Shown here: piece after piece, positions 34,800 through 42,421 of the stretch
Layout of the letters: each line of letters starts with the position of its first letter
How positions within the stretch are numbered: position 1 is the first letter of the stretch
Assembly: GCA_011051565.1 (NCBI GenBank)
Contig: DRKX01000089.1
Location: 4,808 to 68,807, forward strand
From: Nitrospirota bacterium
Lineage (GTDB): Bacteria; Nitrospirota; Thermodesulfovibrionia; Thermodesulfovibrionales; JdFR-85
Direction of reading: 5' to 3'
Length of the DNA stretch: 64,000 nt
Position numbers and translations under genes: made by a program
Notes under the pieces: model-generated
Databases searched by the model: none
Told to the model about the DNA's origin: nothing
Seen by the model: the letters and a program-made list of their open reading frames with translations, nothing else

Positions 34800-37280
34800 A
34801 TGCCGTCTATCAACCAGTCGAATCCTTCAGCCGGCCGGCCGTACGCGCCGGATGTCCGTGTATTTGCGCTCGACGGCCTGCCCCACGGGATGCCTCTGTC
34901 GGAGATGCCGTCCGGATGCACGGAGCATCAGATCGTGGTCGTGGGCAGGGACATGAAGGTGAGGTATCTCAATCATGCCGCAAGGGCCGCTGCAGGCATC
35001 AAGGAGGGAGACACCGGAACCTACTTCTGCTATCAAGTCACCCATCGCAGGGACACGCCGTGCGATGCAGGCGGTGAGATATGCCCGGTGAAAGAGGTCT
35101 TCAGGACGGGCAGGCCCCTCACCGTGCACCACGAGTACTTCGACGGCGAGAGAAAAGGTTCCCTTCTCGAGGTCTACGCATTTCCCATATTCAGCGAAGA
35201 CGGCGAGGTCCTGGAGGTCACGGAGTTCATCAAGGAGGTGACCAAGAGGGACTTGTCCGAGAGGACACTGCTGTCCGAGGAGCGGTTCCGCAACCTCGTG
35301 GAGTCGACTCCGGATGCGATCATCACGGCCGATTCGAACGGGATAATCGTCTCGTGCAACAGCGCCGTCAATAACATCTTCGGCTACTCCCCGGCGGAAC
35401 TGATGGACAGGCCCGTGACCGTCATCATACCGGAGAGGTTTCATGAGAAACATTCAGAGGGGATGAGGCTGGTGCGTGACGGCCGAAAGCCGATACTTGC
35501 CGGAGAGACGATGGAACTGGTTGCCCTCAAGAAGGACGGGACGGAATTCCCCGTCGAACTCTCGCTCTCTTTATGGGCATCAAAGGGGGAGGTGTACTTC
35601 ACCGCCATCATAAGGGATATCACCATGCGCAAGAACGTCGAGGCGTCGCTTATAGAGGAGAAGCAGCGTCTCGAGTCGGTCCAGAGAGAACTCGTGAAAA
35701 AGCACGAAGAACAGGGCGTCCTATTCAGACAGGTGGAGGTTGCCAAGAAGGAGTGGGAGCGTACGGCTGACTGCCTCGACGACATGATCATACTCGCCGA
35801 CAGCGAGGGCAGGATAAGGAGGTGCAACAAGAGTGTCAGGGAGTTCTCCGGACTCTCGTATGATGAACTCATCGGAAGGAAATGGGAGGACCTGCTGAGT
35901 GAGCAGGGGGTCGAGGCATACAAGCTCTACCGCCACAGCGTGGAACTGAGACACAAGTCCACAGGCAGGCATTTCGTCCTGAGGTTCTATCCTTTCAAGG
36001 CCCTGAACAGTTATGAGAGCCCGGGCATCGTCATAACCATTCACGACCTGACGGAGCTCAAAAATGCTGCAGAGGTGCTCGAGAAAAAGAACAGGGAGAT
36101 AGACGAAAACCGGCGGAAGCTCCAGACCGCCCTTGATGAGATATCCTACCTGATCCAGAGGGTTACGCACGAGAAGGACTTCAGCATCAGGTTCGCCAAC
36201 CCCCACCTGAAGAGATGCAGCAAGGAGATGAACTGTACCGAGGAAGACTGCCCGTGTCATGGAGAAGCGGCCGCGCGGTGCTGGCAGGTGGTGGGCTCGC
36301 AATGCGGCGGTGACGCCAAGGGATACTTCGCGAAGCAACACGGGGACTGTTCGCGCTGTCCCGTGTTCAAAAGCGCCACGACGGACCCCATATACCAGAT
36401 CGGCGAGCACTTCAACAACATGATGCACATACTCGAGTTGCAGAACAGGGAACTCGAGACCGCATACACAGAGCTCAAGGCAACACAGACGAAGATCCTC
36501 CAGCAGGAAAAGATGGCGTCCATCGGACAGCTTGCAGCAGGCGTTGCACACGAGATCAACAACCCCATAGGCTTTATATCGAGCAACCTCGGTACTCTCG
36601 ACAAGTACGTCAGCAAACTCACGGAGTTCATCGATGCCCAGGCGGAAATCATCGCCGCCCTCGGCTCGGAGGAGTTCGAGAGGATTCTCGGTGAAAGGCG
36701 GCGGAAGCTCAAGCTCGACTACGTCATACCGGACATAAGGGCGCTCATCGAGGAATCGCTCGACGGCGCCGACAGGGTGAGGAAGATAGTCCAGGACCTC
36801 AAGAGTTTCTCCCGTGTCGACGAGGCCGAGTACAAGCATGCGGACATAAACGAGTGCATCGAGAGCACCATAAACATAGTCTGGAACGAACTCAAGTACA
36901 AGGCGGAGCTGAAGAAGGACTATGGAGAACTGCCCCTCACGAAGTGTTTCCCCCAGCAGCTGAACCAGGTCTTCATGAACCTCCTTGTCAATGCAGCGCA
37001 TGCCATAGAGAAGCAGGGCGAGATAACCGTGAGGACGAGCCATCAGGACGGTTCCATTTTCGTTGAGATATCGGACACCGGTGTCGGGATTCCCGAGGAG
37101 AACCTCGGCAGGATATTCGATCCGTTCTTCACGACTAAGGAGATAGGCAAGGGCACCGGTTTGGGCCTGAGCATAACCTACGACATCGTGAAGAAGCACA
37201 ACGGCGAGATCACTGTCCATAGCGAGGTGGGTGAGGGGACGACGTTTACTGTGAGAATCCCCGTGATGGATGGAAGGTGA
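34800..37280 (+). CDS. Cytoplasmic multi-PAS sensor histidine kinase with a Cys-rich module (HK1)
   Basis: There are three PAS-like segments and coiled coils. A Cys-rich block lies at aa 472-523. The HisKA H-box is [21 protein letters not shown]. HATPase_c shows [16 protein letters not shown] and GTGLGLS. The RBS GGAGGGGG lies 7 nt before ATG 34800. Confidence 0.85.
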   Translation: MPSINQSNPSAGRPYAPDVRVFALDGLPHGMPLSEMPSGCTEHQIVVVGRDMKVRYLNHAARAAAGIKEGDTGTYFCYQVTHRRDTPCDAGGEICPVKEVFRTGRPLTVHHEYFDGERKGSLLEVYAFPIFSEDGEVLEVTEFIKEVTKRDLSERTLLSEERFRNLVESTPDAIITADSNGIIVSCNSAVNNIFGYSPAELMDRPVTVIIPERFHEKHSEGMRLVRDGRKPILAGETMELVALKKDGTEFPVELSLSLWASKGEVYFTAIIRDITMRKNVEASLIEEKQRLESVQRELVKKHEEQGVLFRQVEVAKKEWERTADCLDDMIILADSEGRIRRCNKSVREFSGLSYDELIGRKWEDLLSEQGVEAYKLYRHSVELRHKSTGRHFVLRFYPFKALNSYESPGIVITIHDLTELKNAAEVLEKKNREIDENRRKLQTALDEISYLIQRVTHEKDFSIRFANPHLKRCSKEMNCTEEDCPCHGEAAARCWQVVGSQCGGDAKGYFAKQHGDCSRCPVFKSATTDPIYQIGEHFNNMMHILELQNRELETAYTELKATQTKILQQEKMASIGQLAAGVAHEINNPIGFISSNLGTLDKYVSKLTEFIDAQAEIIAALGSEEFERILGERRRKLKLDYVIPDIRALIEESLDGADRVRKIVQDLKSFSRVDEAEYKHADINECIESTINIVWNELKYKAELKKDYGELPLTKCFPQQLNQVFMNLLVNAAHAIEKQGEITVRTSHQDGSIFVEISDTGVGIPEENLGRIFDPFFTTKEIGKGTGLGLSITYDIVKKHNGEITVHSEVGEGTTFTVRIPVMDGR

Positions 37281-37286
37281 CGGCAT

Positions 37287-38111
37287 ATGGATACGGGTGT
37301 GAGGATACTCTGCGTGGACGACGAAAGGAACGTCCTCAGGGCCATAGAGAGGCTCTTCCTCGACGACGACTACGAGATCATCACCGCTGCATCCGGCGAC
37401 GAGGGGCTTGATGTGCTGAGAGAGGTCTCACCCGTCCAGATCGTTTTGTCAGACTACAGGATGCCGGGGATGAACGGCGTCGATTTTCTCAAGGAGGTCT
37501 GCGAGCACTGGCCCGAGACGGTCAGGATCGTGCTCTCCGGTTATGCGGACACCGCGGCCGTGGTGTCCGCAATAAACGAGGGCCGTATATACAAGTTCAT
37601 ACCGAAGCCCTGGAACGACGACGAGCTCAAGGTCACGATATCCAATGCCATAGAGCGCTACATGCTGCACGAGAGGAACGCGGAACTCGCCAGGGAACTT
37701 CAGAAGAAGAACGAGGAGCTCCAGAAGGTGAACGACAACCTCGAGAGGCTCGTTGCGGAGAGGACCTCGGAGCTGATCTTTCAGAACAGGGCGTTGACCC
37801 ATTCTCAGAACATCCTCGACGCGCTTCCGGTCGCCGTGCTCGGCATAGATTCAGACGGACTGATAGTCCAGTGCAACGAGAAGGGCGTGGAGATGTTCGG
37901 AAGCGGCGGCGCTACGATACTCGGCATGGACAGGACGGCCGTGCTCTCCGAGGAGCTGAACGGCATGATAGACGGCGCCGTCAGGGACGGGCTTCAAACC
38001 GGTGACTTCCGCATCGGGGGGGTATCGATGGTCAGATTTGCGTCCATGAGGTATCCGGACGGGCAGGAGGGAGTGGTTCTGATCTTTTTTGGCGAGGGTG
38101 ATCATGCCTGA
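37287..38111 (+). CDS. Response regulator: REC + coiled coil + PAS-like domain, no enzymatic output
   Basis: REC motifs are ILCVDDERNV, LSDYRMPGMNG and KPWNDDEL. The C-terminal PAS-like segment reads ILDALPVAVLGIDSDGLIVQCNEKGVEMFG. Confidence 0.8.
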   Translation: MDTGVRILCVDDERNVLRAIERLFLDDDYEIITAASGDEGLDVLREVSPVQIVLSDYRMPGMNGVDFLKEVCEHWPETVRIVLSGYADTAAVVSAINEGRIYKFIPKPWNDDELKVTISNAIERYMLHERNAELARELQKKNEELQKVNDNLERLVAERTSELIFQNRALTHSQNILDALPVAVLGIDSDGLIVQCNEKGVEMFGSGGATILGMDRTAVLSEELNGMIDGAVRDGLQTGDFRIGGVSMVRFASMRYPDGQEGVVLIFFGEGDHA

Positions 38112-39099
38112 CACGGTGCTGCTCGTAGATGACGAGGAGTATGTCCTCAACTCGATAGAGCGGCTGCTCGTCTGCTGTGACGGCATCAGGGTGCTGAAGG
38201 CCGCTTCTGCAGACGAGGCCCTCGGTCTCATTGCTGAGGAGGCAGTGGCCGTGATCGTATCCGACAACATGATGCCCGGCATGAAGGGCATAGAGCTCCT
38301 CACGAGGGTCAGGGGGATATCTCCCGACACGGTGAGGATACTCCTTACCGCCTATGCCGACTTTCCGACGGCCATGGAGGCGATAAACAGCGGAGAGGTC
38401 TTCAGGTTCATCGTCAAGCCCTGGGACGACGACCTCCTGGTCAGGACCGTGCAGGAGGCCGCCGGCCGCCACCATATCATCCGCTCCCTCAGGGTGAAGG
38501 ACAAGGCCATACTGCTTTCGCTCGCCCAGACGATTGAGCTCAAGGACCCCTACACGAGGGGACACTGCGAGAGGGTTGCGGCCTATGCCCTCATGATAGC
38601 GGAAGCCCTCGGCCTCCCCGAGGCCTCGAAGAAAGACATAAAATACGGCAGCTGGCTTCACGACTGCGGTAAGGTGGGCGTTCCGGAGCAGATACTCAAC
38701 AACAGCTGTGGTATCGACGAGGAGGACTTCGAGGTCATAAAGCGACATCCAGTCTGGGGGGCTGACGTGGCGCGGCAGGCCCAGATGTCAGAGGTGATCG
38801 TGAATATCATACTCTACCACCACGAGAAGTTCAACGGCACGGGCTATCCGTCCGCGATCGAGGGGGAGAGCATCCCTGTAGAGGCAAGGATAGTGGCCGT
38901 AGCCGACGTCTTCGACGCCCTGACGACCGACAGGCCTTACAGGGCCGGGCTCAGCGAGGAGGAGGCGGTCGAGATAATCGCATCCTTGAGGGGTGAGAGC
39001 CTCGATCCCGAGATAGTCAACGTCTTTCTCTCGGAGCTGAAGCGCCGTTCCGGAGGGGATCGGCTGGTTAAGGAGGCAGGTCTGCATGAACAGCACTGA
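38104..39099 (+). CDS. Response regulator with HD-GYP c-di-GMP phosphodiesterase domain (RpfG-like) 1
   Basis: REC motifs are VLLVDDEEYV, VSDNMMPGMKG and KPWDDDLL. HD-GYP motifs are HDCGKVGVP and HHEKFNGTGYP. ATG 38104 overlaps the previous stop by 8 nt. Confidence 0.85.
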   Translation: MPDTVLLVDDEEYVLNSIERLLVCCDGIRVLKAASADEALGLIAEEAVAVIVSDNMMPGMKGIELLTRVRGISPDTVRILLTAYADFPTAMEAINSGEVFRFIVKPWDDDLLVRTVQEAAGRHHIIRSLRVKDKAILLSLAQTIELKDPYTRGHCERVAAYALMIAEALGLPEASKKDIKYGSWLHDCGKVGVPEQILNNSCGIDEEDFEVIKRHPVWGADVARQAQMSEVIVNIILYHHEKFNGTGYPSAIEGESIPVEARIVAVADVFDALTTDRPYRAGLSEEEAVEIIASLRGESLDPEIVNVFLSELKRRSGGDRLVKEAGLHEQH

Positions 39100-40405
39100 G
39101 ACAGTCACGGCCGTGAAGATACTGGTGGTCGACGACGAGGAGAACATACTCCGGGCGATAAGCAGGTTGCTGATGGACGAAGACCTCGACGTCCTGACCG
39201 CCACATCCGGCGAGGAGGCGTTGAGGATACTCGGATCCAACCGGGACGTGGGAGTCATCGTCTCGGACCAGCGCATGCCCGGTCTCACCGGCGTGGACTT
39301 CCTGGAGAAGGCGAGGAGGATCACCCCTGACACTATAAGGATCATGCTGACCGGGTACGCCGACGTGAACGCTGCCGTGGACGCTATAAACAGGGGCGGG
39401 GCGTACAGGTACGTGGCCAAGCCGTGGAAGGACGAAGAGCTCGTGCAGATCATAAGGGAGGCGGCGCAGAGGTTCTTCCTGACCAGGGAGAACAAGCGGC
39501 TGTCGGAGATGCTCAAGAAGAAGAACGAGGAACTAAGGGACTGGAACTCAAAGCTCGAGCTCTACGTGCAGGAGCAGACCAAGGAGATACAGAAGAACAA
39601 CGAGGAACTGCAGTCGCTGAACGAGCGGCTGAGGAAGAATTTCCAGAACTCGATCATAGCATTCTCGGGCCTCATAGAACTGCGTGACAGTGCGGTCAGG
39701 AACCACTCGAGGAACGTCGCCGAGGTCTCGAGAAAGGCGGCGGAGTCTTTGGGGTTGCCGGCCAGGGAGGTCGACACGATCACCATTGCGTCGCTCCTTC
39801 ATGATATCGGCAAGATCGGCATACCGGACGTCCTTCTCCGCAAGGGACTCGGAGACATGAGCCCCGAGGAACTCAAGGAGTACAGGCTCCACCCCGTAAG
39901 GGGGCAGGCCGCCATCGACTCCATAGAGGACCTGAGAGAGGCCGGTACACTCATAAGGCATCACCACGAATCATACGACGGAAGCGGGTTCCCGGACGGG
40001 CTCAAGGGGAGCGGGATACCCGTAGGTTCGCGGATCATCGGCATGGTGGACGCTGTGGACAAGGCCATGGGCAGCCTCTTGAGCGACAGCGCCGTGCAGG
40101 CGGCGCTGAAGGGCGTCAAGGATGCGCTGGGCAGGAGGTTCGCCCCCGGTCTGTACAAGCATGTCAGGGCCGCGGTCGAGGATACGTACTCGAAGGTCGT
40201 GGTCGAGACGGCCGTGGTCGAGCTCGAGCTGCATCCCGACAACCTCGAGGCGGGCATGGTCATCTCTCGTGACGTCTACAGCGGCACGGGCCTGCTGCTG
40301 CTCAGCAAGGGGCTGCAGCTCAACGAGAAGAACATACAGGCGATCAGGCGTTACTACCGGATCGATCCATCCAGGAGCGGTGTCTTCGTGATGGTGAAGA
40401 GGTAG
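39086..40405 (+). CDS. Response regulator with HD-GYP-type domain 2 (GFP variant) and a C-terminal extension
   Basis: REC motifs are ILVVDDEENI, VSDQRMPGLTG and KPWKDEEL. A coiled coil follows. HD-domain motifs are HDIGKIGIPD and HHESYDGSGFPDGL. A tail of about 70 aa follows. It overlaps the previous gene by 14 nt, with RBS AAGGAGG. Confidence 0.85.
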   Translation: MNSTETVTAVKILVVDDEENILRAISRLLMDEDLDVLTATSGEEALRILGSNRDVGVIVSDQRMPGLTGVDFLEKARRITPDTIRIMLTGYADVNAAVDAINRGGAYRYVAKPWKDEELVQIIREAAQRFFLTRENKRLSEMLKKKNEELRDWNSKLELYVQEQTKEIQKNNEELQSLNERLRKNFQNSIIAFSGLIELRDSAVRNHSRNVAEVSRKAAESLGLPAREVDTITIASLLHDIGKIGIPDVLLRKGLGDMSPEELKEYRLHPVRGQAAIDSIEDLREAGTLIRHHHESYDGSGFPDGLKGSGIPVGSRIIGMVDAVDKAMGSLLSDSAVQAALKGVKDALGRRFAPGLYKHVRAAVEDTYSKVVVETAVVELELHPDNLEAGMVISRDVYSGTGLLLLSKGLQLNEKNIQAIRRYYRIDPSRSGVFVMVKR

Positions 40406-40408
40406 TCC

Positions 40409-41068
40409 ATGATCGAGTTCGACAGGGAAGAGAAGAGGATGGTGCTGAAACTCGTATTCTACGGGCCGGCCCTTTCGGGCAAGACGACCAATCTCCTGAG
40501 GCTTCACGACCTCCTTGCACGCGAGGGCCGGGGGGAGTTGATGGTGCTCGATACGAGGGACGACAGGACGATCTTCTTCGATCTCCTCCCGTTCTTTCTC
40601 GTCACCCCGGGGGGACTGAAGATAAAGTTGAAGGTCTATACGGTTCCGGGCCAGGTGAAACACGATGCAACGAGGAAGGCCGTACTGCAGAGGGCGGACG
40701 GAGTGGCCTTCATCGCTGACTCCCGGCTGTCGGAGACGGCTAACAATTATTCGAGCTTCGAGAACCTCGAAAAGAACCTCGCCTTTGTCGGGATCGACAT
40801 CGAGACCGTCCCCCTCGTGATCCAGTTCAACAAGAGGGACCTCAGCGAGATCGTCCCCGAGACCGACATAGAACGCCTGTGGCGGCCCACGGGCATACCC
40901 GTCTTCATGGCCTCGGCCCTTCAGGGCTGGGGAGTAGTGGAGACCTTCGGCAGACTGGTGGAACTCACCTACGACGCCGTAGACAGAAAATGGGGCCTGC
41001 GCGAAGGATACGGACTCGAGAGGGAGGAGTTCGTTCGGCGGCTGACTCTGAGGGAGCAGGGTCGGTGA
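40409..41068 (+). CDS. MglA-type small Ras-like GTPase
   Basis: The P-loop is GPALSGKT. Switch II is TVPGQ, with Thr in place of the canonical Asp of DxxG, which is the MglA hallmark. G4 is NKRD. The start lies 3 nt after the previous stop. Confidence 0.8.
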   Translation: MIEFDREEKRMVLKLVFYGPALSGKTTNLLRLHDLLAREGRGELMVLDTRDDRTIFFDLLPFFLVTPGGLKIKLKVYTVPGQVKHDATRKAVLQRADGVAFIADSRLSETANNYSSFENLEKNLAFVGIDIETVPLVIQFNKRDLSEIVPETDIERLWRPTGIPVFMASALQGWGVVETFGRLVELTYDAVDRKWGLREGYGLEREEFVRRLTLREQGR

Positions 41069-41104
41069 GTGGACGTTCCCGGCTGCAGGAAAGGGGATGC
41101 TCGA

Positions 41105-42421
41105 ATGAATGAAGACCGTGAGGGTGCGGGCGGTATCGAGTACGTGGTCGGGGCCGAGAAGAGACTCTGCGAGATTCTCGGGGATGAAGAGATAATGCCG
41201 ATCCTGAGGAGTGCACTCCGCGCTGGGGTGTCGAGGATCGAGGTGAGGGACTCCAAGGGCAGGGTGCTCTGGGCCTGCGGTGATCCCACTGGCGGGGGAG
41301 GCCGTGCAAGGGAGGTCGCACCGCTCTGTCTCGAGGGCGAGCCTGCCGGCAGCATCATGGTCGAGATTCCCTCAAGCGGGCGACTGCGTCTCCGTGACTT
41401 CACAGGCCTGCTGAGCGAAGTGATGAACACGATGATAACCAACAACCTGAAGAGGATGCTGACGGCCGAGATACACACCACCGTGGTCGACCAGACCCAC
41501 GAGGAACTGATCGAGACGAACAGGAGGCTGCGCGCGTCCGAGTCGAGGTACCGAGAGCTCGCAGAGAGCCTCGACAGGAAGGTCCAGGAGCGTACGGAGG
41601 AGCTGAAGAGGATTCACACGAGGCTCATCCAGCAGGAGAAGGCCGCATCCATAGGGCTGCTGGCAGCGGGTGTGGCACACGAGATAAACACCCCACTCGG
41701 GTTCATATCGAGCAATCTCAACACCCTGAAGAGATACATGTCGAGATTCACCGAGATGCTGGACTTCTACCGCCGCATAGTCGGGGAGGCCGGCGACGGT
41801 GTCGCCGAGGAGGCCGCCAAGAAGTGGAGCGATCTCAAGCTCGGCTTCGTGGTAAGAGACGTCGGAGAGCTGATCAGCCAGAGCCTCGACGGAGCCGAGA
41901 GGGTGAGGAGGATCGTCGCGGACCTCAAGGGGTTTTCCCATGTCGATGACAGCAAGGAAGACGTCGTCGACCTTAACACGGAGATAGAGAGGACCTTCAG
42001 CGTGCTCGCCCACGAGATACCCGAAGACGCCGAGATCGAGAGGGACTACGGGTCGTTGCCTGGTTTTCTCTGCGATCCGGCCCTCGTCTGCCAGGTCTTC
42101 CTCAACATCATACTGAACTCCCTGCAGGCGAAGAAAGGGGGACTCAAGCTGCACGTGAGCACGAGGTTCGCCGGCGGAGACATAACGGTTGCGTTCACGG
42201 ACAACGGGCCCGGCATCCCCGATGACATCAGAGGGAGGATATTCGAGCCGTTCTTCACCACGAAGGACGTCGGCGAGGGTACGGGGCTTGGCCTGACCGT
42301 CACACGTGACATAGTGACCGCCTACGGCGGTGACATCGAGGTCGAAAGCCGGCCGGGTGCCGGCACGACCTTTCTCGTAAGGCTTCCGGCCGAGGGGGGG
42401 CGGGATGTCGAGGTACGCTGA
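41105..42421 (+). CDS. Cytoplasmic histidine kinase (HK2) with an uncharacterised ~130-aa N-terminal domain
   Basis: The H-box is [21 protein letters not shown], paralogous to HK1. HATPase_c shows NIILNSLQA, DNGPGI and GTGLGLT. ATG 41105 has RBS AAAGGGGA 7 nt upstream. GTG 41069 is the alternative start. Confidence 0.8.
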   Translation: MNEDREGAGGIEYVVGAEKRLCEILGDEEIMPILRSALRAGVSRIEVRDSKGRVLWACGDPTGGGGRAREVAPLCLEGEPAGSIMVEIPSSGRLRLRDFTGLLSEVMNTMITNNLKRMLTAEIHTTVVDQTHEELIETNRRLRASESRYRELAESLDRKVQERTEELKRIHTRLIQQEKAASIGLLAAGVAHEINTPLGFISSNLNTLKRYMSRFTEMLDFYRRIVGEAGDGVAEEAAKKWSDLKLGFVVRDVGELISQSLDGAERVRRIVADLKGFSHVDDSKEDVVDLNTEIERTFSVLAHEIPEDAEIERDYGSLPGFLCDPALVCQVFLNIILNSLQAKKGGLKLHVSTRFAGGDITVAFTDNGPGIPDDIRGRIFEPFFTTKDVGEGTGLGLTVTRDIVTAYGGDIEVESRPGAGTTFLVRLPAEGGRDVEVR

